This document shows, piece by piece, positions 10,216 through 19,149 of a DNA stretch of 64,000 nt (position 1 is the first letter of the stretch; each line of letters opens with the position of its first letter). The notes under the pieces were generated by a model. It made no database searches, was not told where the DNA came from, and saw only the letters and a program-made list of their open reading frames with translations. Position numbers and translations under genes: made by a program. This DNA is from Candidatus Latescibacterota bacterium (GTDB lineage Bacteria > Latescibacterota > UBA2968 > GCA-2709665). Where the stretch lies: positions 640,001-704,000 of the forward strand of contig OZ252100.1 of assembly GCA_965248435.1 (NCBI GenBank), written 5' to 3'.

Positions 10216-11936
10216 TGCATCTGACTTATTTCACGGTTCGGAAACTGGTCGACGAATTACAAGCTTCCTTGGTGAAACGTCGGATCTCGAATGCCTTTAC
10301 CGCCGAGTCAACCGACCTGGTTCTTCAGGTGGAAGGGCGTGGATATCTCTTGCTTTCTGCATCCCCTCAAGACGGGCGCGTTACGATGCTGGAACAGCCG
10401 CCGGAGGTAAAATCTGCCCCTCCCGACTGGGCGGAGCGGTACCTCGAAAAGGGGCAGATTGAGGCGGTGCATCAGGTGCCGATGGACAGGATCATCGAAT
10501 TTGCGCTGACGAAACGCGATCGTTTGGGCGGCGTAACGCGTGCGCGTCTCATTGCTGAATTGACCGGACGCTATGCGAACGTGATTCTGACTGGAGAACC
10601 AGACGGTCGAGTACTGGGCTGCATGCGCAACGTGACCTCAAACATGAGTCGCGCTCGGGAAATCTTGCCAGGAAAACCGTATCGTCCACCCCCACCTTCC
10701 CGCAAGAAGCACGTGGAAGACGTCGATTCAACCTTCGTGGATGAGGTCCTGAAAGGCAGCGACGACTCGCCGGAAGTCGCCTTGATGCGATCGATTTGTT
10801 CGCTGGACACCCTCACGGCGAGAGAGCTGCTCTACCGTGCCGGAGGCCCAAACGCGGATGCGGGGCTGCTTTCGAGAGAATTGAAACAGATGTTCGACAC
10901 ACCCGACTTTCTGGACGGCGCCATTGGCTTCAGGGATCCGGCGGAGAATACCTTCAAGGTTTCTCCGATTCCCCTTAGGCACATCGAACTTGAAAGTCAG
11001 CGTAGCTTTCCGTCGGCCAGCGAAGCCATAGAATGGGCCTCCACAGAAGAATGGCGCCTCAGAACTGGGGAGCAAAAACAGACTCGGATGGAAAAGTCTC
11101 TGGTTGCACAAAAGGCATCGCTTGAAAAGAAGATGGAATTCTTGGAACGGGCTTATGCAGATGCGCAGGAGGCAGATCAATATGAGAAGTTCGGCAACCT
11201 CCTGATGAACAATCTCCACAAGATAACCCCAGGGGCCGATTCGATAACCCTGGAAGACCTGTTTCACCCAGACAGTCCTCCCGTGAGCATCCCCCTTCAG
11301 TCACACCGGATCCCGCTAGAAAATGCCCGCGACTACATGAAGCGGGCACGGAAGGCAAGGAGGGCCGAGCCAATCCTGACTCGGCGGCTAGAGGCCCTGA
11401 GAAGGAAAGGGACTGAGCTGACTTCCTATTTCGAGCGGTTGCGAAGTCTGAACGACGAAGGCGATCTCGACAGACTGTGGGATGAGGCTCAGCAGGCGGG
11501 TTGGCTTCATGCAGACACACAGGGGAAAAAGGGCAAAAAGAGGCCCTCTATGGGCGGTATCCATCCACGTCGCTATCTGACGTCGGAGGGCTGGCTTGTG
11601 CTCATCGGAAGGAACAATAACGAGAATGATCGATTGACGAAGGGGTCTGCGAAGGAGGATATCTTCCTTCACGCCAGGGGTTGTCCGGGGTCCCACGCGA
11701 TCTTGAAAAGCGATGGTAGGACGGAGTCCCCTTCAAAATCGACGCTCCAGGAGGCGGCAAGCGTTGCGGCTTACTGGAGCAAAGCCAGGAGTTCCAAAAC
11801 AGTACCTGTGGACTACACGAAGGTCAGGTTCGTAGGGAAACCCAGAGGATCGCCGCCTGGCCTCGTCAGTATTCGAAACGAGAAGACGCTCTTCGTCCAA
11901 CCGAGAGAAATCAGGAGGGCCGACGAGCCGGTCTGA
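10215..11936 (+). CDS. rqcH: NFACT/RqcH (FbpA family) ribosome quality-control factor
   Basis: NFACT-N DRII and ELTGRYANVIL, coiled coil, NFACT-R GRNNNEND.LT / HARGCPGSH / AAYWSKA / VDYT. Confidence 0.9.
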   Translation: MHLTYFTVRKLVDELQASLVKRRISNAFTAESTDLVLQVEGRGYLLLSASPQDGRVTMLEQPPEVKSAPPDWAERYLEKGQIEAVHQVPMDRIIEFALTKRDRLGGVTRARLIAELTGRYANVILTGEPDGRVLGCMRNVTSNMSRAREILPGKPYRPPPPSRKKHVEDVDSTFVDEVLKGSDDSPEVALMRSICSLDTLTARELLYRAGGPNADAGLLSRELKQMFDTPDFLDGAIGFRDPAENTFKVSPIPLRHIELESQRSFPSASEAIEWASTEEWRLRTGEQKQTRMEKSLVAQKASLEKKMEFLERAYADAQEADQYEKFGNLLMNNLHKITPGADSITLEDLFHPDSPPVSIPLQSHRIPLENARDYMKRARKARRAEPILTRRLEALRRKGTELTSYFERLRSLNDEGDLDRLWDEAQQAGWLHADTQGKKGKKRPSMGGIHPRRYLTSEGWLVLIGRNNNENDRLTKGSAKEDIFLHARGCPGSHAILKSDGRTESPSKSTLQEAASVAAYWSKARSSKTVPVDYTKVRFVGKPRGSPPGLVSIRNEKTLFVQPREIRRADEPV

Positions 11937-11938
11937 GT

Positions 11939-12592
11939 TCAAGCTTGAAACAAAGGCAGCAGCTCCAAAAATCGCGATCCGCTCAGCCTGGAGAATTCGA
12001 TCAATCCTGCCTTCACATCCGCCTCTATCCGTTTATCCACGTTTTTGACCGTCTGCCTAATCGCAATCGTGTGCTTTGGGTCTTCCAAGGCGTGTGTTTG
12101 AACGAACGTCGACGGATACGACACCTCGTCAACTTTGGGAAAGAGGATCCCCGACGCGGTCTCGAACAGGAACGAATGTCCAAGGATGTTGTGTGGTCTT
12201 TGCGCGGCCTCTTGCTGCAGGAGACTCGCATATTCAGAGATCTTTGGGGATGAGAACGGAAATACGCTCTCGACTCCCAGGTCCCTCAAATCGGCCAACG
12301 CCATCTCGGCGTGCCCCTGCTCCCCATCTGCACAGAGCTGAAATCTCTTGGACAGGTAGGCGTCTCTTCGGTGCAGGATACTCTGTGCAGCAGTAACGGC
12401 CAGGCGGCTCTGATGTTCGATAAAATAGAATGCGGTCAGAAGCGCGGCATAGTCCGTTCTGGAGATCGACCCACTCAGTAGCGACTTCACTCTCTCAACT
12501 TCGCACAGCTTCTGCTCAAAGTCATGAGCTTCCTTGTCGAGCGCCTGAGCCAGATTCATCATCGCTACCGTCCTGCAGATCTCCTTTAGCAT
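11939..12592 (-). CDS. Heme-oxygenase-like diiron oxidase (HDO; CADD/PqqC/TenA fold)
   Basis: EQGH, LFE, HALEDPKH ligand pattern; start overlaps upstream stop (TGATG) or lies about 10 codons later. Confidence 0.7.
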   Translation of the reverse strand: MLKEICRTVAMMNLAQALDKEAHDFEQKLCEVERVKSLLSGSISRTDYAALLTAFYFIEHQSRLAVTAAQSILHRRDAYLSKRFQLCADGEQGHAEMALADLRDLGVESVFPFSSPKISEYASLLQQEAAQRPHNILGHSFLFETASGILFPKVDEVSYPSTFVQTHALEDPKHTIAIRQTVKNVDKRIEADVKAGLIEFSRLSGSRFLELLPLFQA

Positions 12593-13356
12593 CAAAACTT
12601 CTCGAAGTAGACCAGACGTAACTCTCTATCGGGTCTGGGACTCTGGCGGCCGTTCTGAAAAATATTCTTAATGTCGAATTCCAGCGCAAGTTGACTCGAC
12701 AGGTTCCATCGTGTACCCAGGTTGAAGAGTCCCCGCCCAGATCCGAGCGAATTCCCCTCGTTATCATTCAGGGCGAAGTCGTACTCCATCAAGATCATGA
12801 TCATCCGCCCGAACAGCTTCTCGATTCCGATAAATCCTGAAATGTCGTTATCCCCATCCTTGTTCTCAAAACTTCGATTCAAACCGCCATGGAGTCCGAT
12901 ATCGCCATAGGAAGAACCAAAGTTCTTGCTCATGACTGCATAGAATCCTTTCGACTTTGCGGCGTACCGTTTTAAATCATCGTCGTAGGAACCGTAACCC
13001 TGGGATTGGTAGCCGACGGCCAAGGCAGGAAAGCGATACCCCTCTTCGATAAGCCGCAGCCTTCCGGTGAATTCAACGCCTGGATTCCACTCTACGCCCT
13101 GTCTCCCCACCAAATGCTGTCCCCCGAATGAAATTCCAAGCCCTGCCCTGCTGAGCACGCCCACCTCCACCTGAACCAGGATTCCATTTTGTTCATAGAA
13201 TCTGAAATCCACGGCAAGGCTGCGCCGCGGAAGGAGGCCGGCCGTTGGACTGTCGATAAGCCACCTCGGCTGCAGATCGCCCTGGGCATGTAGAGGAGCC
13301 GACGTGAGACTAAAGGCGATCACCAGAAAAATACAAAACGCTGCGCTTGGTCTCAT
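12592..13356 (-). CDS. Outer-membrane beta-barrel protein (YjbH-like)
   Basis: Signal peptide, LIDSPTAGLL motif, amphipathic beta-strands, C-terminal Phe. Confidence 0.7.
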   Translation of the reverse strand: MRPSAAFCIFLVIAFSLTSAPLHAQGDLQPRWLIDSPTAGLLPRRSLAVDFRFYEQNGILVQVEVGVLSRAGLGISFGGQHLVGRQGVEWNPGVEFTGRLRLIEEGYRFPALAVGYQSQGYGSYDDDLKRYAAKSKGFYAVMSKNFGSSYGDIGLHGGLNRSFENKDGDNDISGFIGIEKLFGRMIMILMEYDFALNDNEGNSLGSGRGLFNLGTRWNLSSQLALEFDIKNIFQNGRQSPRPDRELRLVYFEKF

Positions 13357-13829
13357 GGGTTTGCTCCATTCTTGGGGTTCTGTTCTCCGTCCGAAAGCTT
13401 AAGGATCCGCTCCAGGGAGTTCTGCGCCTCGATACGAATAGTAATCGTTCCTGCCGGCAGCAAGTCGCCCGCTCGATCTGCCCACTCGATCAGGCAGATC
13501 CCCCTACGGGCCAAATAGTCGTCCCAACCCAAGTCGACCAGGTCTCCCGGAGACCGAAGTCGGTAGAGGTCGAAGTGATAAATCGGAGTTCGAGAGCCAC
13601 CGCAATCCCGGCCTTCGTACTCCTGGATCAGGATGAAAGTCGGGCTGGTTACCTGCTCCCTTACTCCAAGCCCCTCGCAGATTCCCTGAATCAGACACGT
13701 CTTACCGCTTCCCAGGTCGCCGATAAGCGCCACGGTTTGGCCACGGTAGAGGCGGGCAGCCAGGTTCCTGCCAATTGTGAATGTTTCTTCAGGGGAACGT
13801 GAGTGCAGGACAGCGTCCGTGTTGGCCAT
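13353..13829 (-). CDS. tsaE: tRNA threonylcarbamoyladenosine biosynthesis ATPase
   Basis: GDLGSGKT, VTSPTF, HFDLYRL, IEWAD. Confidence 0.95.
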   Translation of the reverse strand: MANTDAVLHSRSPEETFTIGRNLAARLYRGQTVALIGDLGSGKTCLIQGICEGLGVREQVTSPTFILIQEYEGRDCGGSRTPIYHFDLYRLRSPGDLVDLGWDDYLARRGICLIEWADRAGDLLPAGTITIRIEAQNSLERILKLSDGEQNPKNGANP

Positions 13830-13902
13830 CAGATTAGTAGGGGGGAGACCGGTGTGTGGGGCCGTGGGGGGACGCCAACAGGAAGGTCCGGAAGAATTAC
13901 TT

Positions 13903-15459
13903 CTATTTGCTTCTCAAGATCGAAACGGGTAGGATGACCTCCTCCAGAGAGATGCCCCCGTGCTGGAAGCTGTTGGCGTACTGCCGCTGGTATTCGTGGA
14001 ACTTCGTGGGATACACGAAATAGTAATCTTCCTTGGCAAGGATATAATTTGTCCCGAGCCCCAGCGAGGGCAGGCCGTATGCTTCCGGATCCTTGATGAA
14101 CATAGCCTGGCGCAAATCACAGCGGAGATTCTTCCCGTATTTGAATCTGAGATTCGTGGAAGTCTCGCGATTTCCGTGCGCGAGGGTTGCGCGGGCACTA
14201 AACATACACCCATGATCGGTCGTAATAACCACAGTCGAATCCGTTTCGGCCAGCTTTCGCAGCATCTCAAAAAGGGCCGAGTGCAAAAACCAGGATCGCG
14301 TCAATGAACGGAAGGCGGATTCTGTTGGAGCCATTTCCAGCAGGAGTTCGGACTCCGAGCGCCCGTGTGTCAACATATCCAGAAAGTTGAACACGACCGA
14401 CATCAATGGGAAAGAACGGTAGGAGTGGACTCTCTTAACGAGATTGTTGCCTTCGGCAATATCCAAGACCTTTACATAACGCGTCTCGGATGCCAGGGTG
14501 GGATCGATATCCTGGAGTTGACGATCAAGCAGCTGATGTTCGTGCCGATTCCTGCTCATTTCGTCGTCTCTGGCCGTACGCCACTCGTCTGGATAGAGTT
14601 TGGCGACATCTCCAGGGAACAGGCCGCTGAAGATCGCATTCCTGGAAAAAGGCGTTGCTGTTGGCAATATGGAGTAATAGTAATGCGGCTCGATGCTGAA
14701 CAAGTCTGCCAGAAGAGGTGTAATTGAAAGCCAGTGATCGAGCCGCAGGCAATCTAAGACGATGAAGAACACCTGTTTCCCTTCCCGAAGGAGAGGCACG
14801 ACAAATTCCGGAACAATGTCCACTGAGAGAAGTGGCGAGTTCTCCTCGTCATTCACCCACTGGCGATAGTTGCGGTCAACGAATTTTCCGAAATTGAGAT
14901 TGCAGTTTCGGCGTAGGTCCTCGTGCATCTTTCGAAGGCCCGGATCAAAAAAGTGATCAAGCTCCACATCCCAGTCAGAAAGCTTCAAGTGGATGTCGAT
15001 CCAGTCATCCCCAGTGGCCGCAGTCGACATCGACTCCCGTATACGGTTCGATGCGGCAACGTAATCCAGTCCCATCCGGTCCTTCAGAATCTGCCTAGTA
15101 TCCAGCTGCTTCTTGCAGGCAGAAAGGATCTGACTTGGGTTCACGGGTTTCGTCAGGTAATCGTCGATACGCTGTCCCAAGGCCTCCTCCATGAGGCGCT
15201 CTTCCTCATTCTTTGTAATCATGATGACGGGTACGTGGGGGCTGATATCCTTGATGACAGAAAGCGTCGAAAGCCCGTCCCGCCCGGCCATCATCTCATC
15301 CAGCAATACGATGTCAAACTCCTGCTTTTGTATCCTGGCAATGGCATCATCCCCGTTGGTCACCGGGGTGACTTCGTAACCCCGGTCATTCAAGAAGATG
15401 ATGTGGGGCTTGAGCAGATCAATCTCGTCATCCGCCCAGAGTATCCGTTTCTTATCCAA
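13903..15459 (-). CDS. porX: PorX-like response regulator (REC + PglZ domain)
   Basis: ILWADDEIDLLKPHI, LLDEMM, DYLTKPVNPSQI, DCLRLD, SILPTATPFSRNAIFSG, DMLTH, TTDHG, FQHGGIS. Confidence 0.9.
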   Translation of the reverse strand: MDKKRILWADDEIDLLKPHIIFLNDRGYEVTPVTNGDDAIARIQKQEFDIVLLDEMMAGRDGLSTLSVIKDISPHVPVIMITKNEEERLMEEALGQRIDDYLTKPVNPSQILSACKKQLDTRQILKDRMGLDYVAASNRIRESMSTAATGDDWIDIHLKLSDWDVELDHFFDPGLRKMHEDLRRNCNLNFGKFVDRNYRQWVNDEENSPLLSVDIVPEFVVPLLREGKQVFFIVLDCLRLDHWLSITPLLADLFSIEPHYYYSILPTATPFSRNAIFSGLFPGDVAKLYPDEWRTARDDEMSRNRHEHQLLDRQLQDIDPTLASETRYVKVLDIAEGNNLVKRVHSYRSFPLMSVVFNFLDMLTHGRSESELLLEMAPTESAFRSLTRSWFLHSALFEMLRKLAETDSTVVITTDHGCMFSARATLAHGNRETSTNLRFKYGKNLRCDLRQAMFIKDPEAYGLPSLGLGTNYILAKEDYYFVYPTKFHEYQRQYANSFQHGGISLEEVILPVSILRSK

Positions 15460-15474
15460 TTCTAGAGTGACCTC

Positions 15475-16806
15475 TCAACCATCTTTTGACGTTTCCCGTT
15501 GTGCAATCGGAAGCGAAACCAGGAAGGTCGTCCCGACCTCGGGAATGCTTTCCAGCACCAATATCTTTCCCAGATGATAGTCCTCTACGATTCGTTTGAC
15601 AAACGCCAACCCCAGACCCCATCCACGCTTCTTTGTGCTGTAGCCCGGCAGAAAAATCTGTTTGACCCGATTGGGTTGGATCCCTTTGCCGTTGTCGCGG
15701 AATCGCACGTCCACCGACCTGCTGTCCTGGCGAACCTGCGCAGAGATCTCAATGCGACCTCCCCTGCCTTCCATCGCATCGGCCGCATTCTTGAGGAGGT
15801 TTTCGAACGCCCACCCGAGCAGCTCCCGGTTCATAGGCACTCGGGGAATATCGTTCTCCGTATGAAAAATTTGAATATCTTCAGGCAACCGATCCCGCAG
15901 GTAGGACGCGGTATCGGAAAGCACTTCGTTCAGGTTGTCTACGTGGAGCTCGGGGACCGACCCGATCTGGTTGAACCGTGAGGCGATCTTGTCCAGACGG
16001 CTCGTATCCTTGCTCATCTCGTCCACGATCTGATTGAATCGCCGTGTCGTTTCCTCACGATCTTCCGACGGTACATTCTGAAGCTCTGACTTCATCAACT
16101 CAATCCAACCATAGAGCGATGAAAGAGGCGTTCCGAGTTGATGAGCAGCCTCTCTCGCCAGGCCGACCCAAATCGAGCGCTGCTCGCTGTTGCGGATGTT
16201 TTGAAAACCCACATAGCCCACGCCGATGAACAGGGCCACGACGCCCAATGCCACCCATGGCAGCAGCAACAAACGCCTGACGATCGGCGGATCCCCATAG
16301 TAAAGCACTCGCGCTCCGATGTGCGGAATATCGAAGTGATGGGAAGGATTGCTCAGCTTTAGCCGGCTGACGATCTCCCTGACTTGCGCGAGCGCTTCGG
16401 GGCTGTAGTCGTCAGGGGGGATCCCGATCGCCTTCCAGAGTTGGGGCTCGCCCCGTTCGTCGGTAATAACAACTGGGAAGTCCGTCTTTCTTATCGTCTC
16501 GAAGATAATGTTCAGATCGGGTCCCGGCTTCACCACAATCGTGTCTCGCGTGGCAACGCTGTAGAAAAACGCATAGCGCTTGACCATCTCAAGCGTGTCT
16601 TGCCTCAAGGTGCCCACGACGAAAATCTGCGTATAGACCAGGAAGGCGAGGATGATGATCATCGCCGAAAGGAAGAAGTAGGCCCCGAATCGACTCCGGC
16701 CCGAAGGTGTGCCCCCACCGCTCCTCCACCCTCCCCGGACCCTGGACGAAGGAAGGTCCGGCCGGGACGACCTCGGACCTGTCTTCTCACCGACTGCCGT
16801 GCTCAT
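15475..16806 (-). CDS. Membrane sensor histidine kinase
   Basis: Two TM segments, EAAHQLGTPLS H-box, ENLLKNA, DNGKGI, GWGLGL. Confidence 0.9.
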   Translation of the reverse strand: MSTAVGEKTGPRSSRPDLPSSRVRGGWRSGGGTPSGRSRFGAYFFLSAMIIILAFLVYTQIFVVGTLRQDTLEMVKRYAFFYSVATRDTIVVKPGPDLNIIFETIRKTDFPVVITDERGEPQLWKAIGIPPDDYSPEALAQVREIVSRLKLSNPSHHFDIPHIGARVLYYGDPPIVRRLLLLPWVALGVVALFIGVGYVGFQNIRNSEQRSIWVGLAREAAHQLGTPLSSLYGWIELMKSELQNVPSEDREETTRRFNQIVDEMSKDTSRLDKIASRFNQIGSVPELHVDNLNEVLSDTASYLRDRLPEDIQIFHTENDIPRVPMNRELLGWAFENLLKNAADAMEGRGGRIEISAQVRQDSRSVDVRFRDNGKGIQPNRVKQIFLPGYSTKKRGWGLGLAFVKRIVEDYHLGKILVLESIPEVGTTFLVSLPIAQRETSKDG

Positions 16807-16842
16807 AAACCCTTCCTGTTCGCGCGGAAAATTCTCAGTCGA

Positions 16843-17829
16843 CTAGGTCTCGATTCTTGAACGCGGCTCTGCTTCAGGAGTTGCGGCCTCCGGTTCCACA
16901 TCGAGCTGTCCGTGGTATCGCAGGACTACACCTGCGCCCAGTGCGACGGCAAACCACAGCGTGCAGGCCCGAATGACCAGCGTCGCGCCTACCGCGTCCG
17001 GAAGCTGGACACCCCGAAGGACCAAAAGCCCCGCCATGCTTCCCTCTGTCGAACCCAGCCCACCGGGAAGCATGGTGAGGGCCCCGAGGAGCGTCGAAAG
17101 GCTGTAGATAGATGCTGATCTGATGGGCCCGATATCGACCCCAAACCCCAAGAGGACCGCGTAAAGACCGACACATTCTGCAAACCAGGCCACAACCCCA
17201 AAACCCAAGCCGAGGGTGAGGTTGGCTGGCTTGACGAGCAAGTGTATGCCATCGAGGATTTGGTCGAGGGGATTGTTCAGTCGCCTGAAAAAGGGCAGCC
17301 GATTCAGTGCGCGGAGACACGCGGAAACTGCCCCGGGTCGACCCAGAAGCAGGATGAGGAGAGAAATCCCGGCCAGCGCGAAAACCAACAAGTGCGTGCT
17401 CTTCTCTTCTGAAAGAATACCAAGAAGTGCTAGTAAAATCAAGGATATAAAGTCAGTCACCCGCTCCATAAAGACAGCGGGCGCACTCCGGGAGACGGGC
17501 GTTCCGACGCGGCGTCGAACCAGGTACGTCTTGAGGAATTCCCCCACTTTCCCCGGAGTGACGGAAAGCACGAGACCCGTCATAAAGATGATCAGGCTGT
17601 CGTTCCACTCGAGAGGGACCTCCAGGATTCGCAAGTAGCCGTGCCATCTGAGAAAACGCAGGAAGTAATTCAACAGTGCGAGCCCGAGCGCAATCGGCAC
17701 CATTTTCCACGCAAAGCTACCGAAGGCGTCCAAAAGGCCTCCGATATCTGCATAGATGCTGAAGCCGAGAAACAGGAGGGCCCCAGCGCCGAAAAACAGC
17801 AGAAGTCGCCGTCTTAATCCCGCCCACAT
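16843..17829 (-). CDS. Lysylphosphatidylglycerol synthase TM / UPF0104 flippase-like protein
   Basis: RFLRW, TPGKVGE..K, ERVTD, PGGLGSTEG. Confidence 0.85.
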   Translation of the reverse strand: MWAGLRRRLLLFFGAGALLFLGFSIYADIGGLLDAFGSFAWKMVPIALGLALLNYFLRFLRWHGYLRILEVPLEWNDSLIIFMTGLVLSVTPGKVGEFLKTYLVRRRVGTPVSRSAPAVFMERVTDFISLILLALLGILSEEKSTHLLVFALAGISLLILLLGRPGAVSACLRALNRLPFFRRLNNPLDQILDGIHLLVKPANLTLGLGFGVVAWFAECVGLYAVLLGFGVDIGPIRSASIYSLSTLLGALTMLPGGLGSTEGSMAGLLVLRGVQLPDAVGATLVIRACTLWFAVALGAGVVLRYHGQLDVEPEAATPEAEPRSRIET

Positions 17830-18145
17830 ATGTGTGCACCACTCACGACAGGGGGATTCCTGCAGAATTGTCCCGGCCGCGACTCCCCTTTCCTCAAGGA
17901 ATTATAAGGCTTTCCGCCGCGGTGGCGGAAAAATTGTTTGCCAAATACCGTTCATTTTTATATATTTACATCGCTTGGGGAAATAGCCCACCGGACGAGA
18001 GCCGTCAGTTTTGTACTATATTGTGTATATTAGTATGAAGTATTACTTACGTTCGATTTGTGGTCGTGGGCTCGAAGGATCTGAAAGGGTGAAGAGACGG
18101 TAAATACTCAGAATTCCTGTCGAGAAAGGAGGGGACAAACCGGCT

Positions 18146-18343
18146 ATGGCTGGTGTCTTGGTCCGAGAAGACGAGCCGTTCGAAAAGGCATTGAGGCGCT
18201 TCAAAAAGACGTGCGAAAAAGCTGGAATCATGACTGAGATGAAGAAACATCAGCATTTCGAGAAACCGAGTGAGCGACGAAAACGAAAAATCGCGGCGGC
18301 AAAGCGAAAACGGATAAAGCTGGAGTCCAAATTCGGTGGTTGA
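18146..18343 (+). CDS. rpsU: 30S ribosomal protein S21
   Basis: EKALRRFKK, FEKPSERRKRK; RBS AAGGAGG. Confidence 0.95.
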   Translation: MAGVLVREDEPFEKALRRFKKTCEKAGIMTEMKKHQHFEKPSERRKRKIAAAKRKRIKLESKFGG

Positions 18344-18381
18344 TCAGATCTAAGCGCTTTCCCGATTTGAAGTTTCGAAGC

Positions 18382-18422
18382 TAACCGCACCGGATTCTTA
18401 CCCGGTGCGGTTATCGTTTTTT
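18382..18422 (+). terminator. Intrinsic terminator after rpsU
   Basis: TAACCGCACCGG / CCGGTGCGGTTA 12-bp stem followed by T tract. Confidence 0.8.
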
Positions 18423-18504
18423 AACGTGGGGAATCAGGGCGTCCCAACAGCCTGTGTGGTCCATCTCTCCCCCGCGATCGCAGCAATCCTCCCGTCGTCG
18501 TGCT

Positions 18505-19137
18505 ATGAATATCGCCGACATTGTCTTTGGAATCGTGCTCTTCTGGGCCGCTTTAAGGGGTTGGCGGATGGGACTGGTCCGCAGTCTCACCGGCTTGGCC
18601 GGACTGCTGCTGGCCTACTTGTTCTCCGTGACCTACGGTGCTCTGGCCGCAGGCTGGGTACTTGGGAGACCCGCAGAGGAGGGAGACAATGCGCTTCTAG
18701 TGGGGTTCATCGCGGTCTTCCTGGCAACGCTGATCGCGGCCCATTTCGCCGGTCGCATCCTTCAGAAGGCGATCAGGATTCTTCCCCTGGGTCTATTCGA
18801 CTCCCTCGGCGGGTCTGCGGCCGGATTGGCAAAGGGGATCCTTCTGTTGGGCCTTGCAACCCTCCTGCTCCTTTCCCATCCACCCCATCAAGACATTCCT
18901 GAAGTCGTCCACGAATCCACGCTTGGACGCCCTGTACAGCAGGGGGCCCTTCTACTCCTGGATGCCATCAAGAGTGGTATTCCGACTGCAGCCGCCTTCT
19001 ACGATCGGCTAGGGTTCCGAATGCACGACACGCCCCAACCCCCCATCGTCGAGGAGATCACCCAGAAAGCGGACGCGGCCACAGCACAGCTGGATAGCCT
19101 GGTCGAAGAGTCGCGAAAACGATTGGAGGCGGACTAG
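18505..19137 (+). CDS. cvpA: CvpA family membrane protein
   Basis: MNIADI....G...GL N-terminus, DSLGG..G..KG motif; precedes mutS2. Confidence 0.85.
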   Translation: MNIADIVFGIVLFWAALRGWRMGLVRSLTGLAGLLLAYLFSVTYGALAAGWVLGRPAEEGDNALLVGFIAVFLATLIAAHFAGRILQKAIRILPLGLFDSLGGSAAGLAKGILLLGLATLLLLSHPPHQDIPEVVHESTLGRPVQQGALLLLDAIKSGIPTAAAFYDRLGFRMHDTPQPPIVEEITQKADAATAQLDSLVEESRKRLEAD

Positions 19138-19149
19138 CCCGTTTGAACG

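Noticed and set aside
13835-13885. G-rich tract between porX and tsaE as a G-quadruplex
   Set aside because: Only three clear runs of three or more G; insufficient support.
13903-15459. BREX defence system suggested by the PglZ domain
   Set aside because: PglZ is fused to a receiver domain (PorX type), and no brxC, pglX or brxL is nearby.
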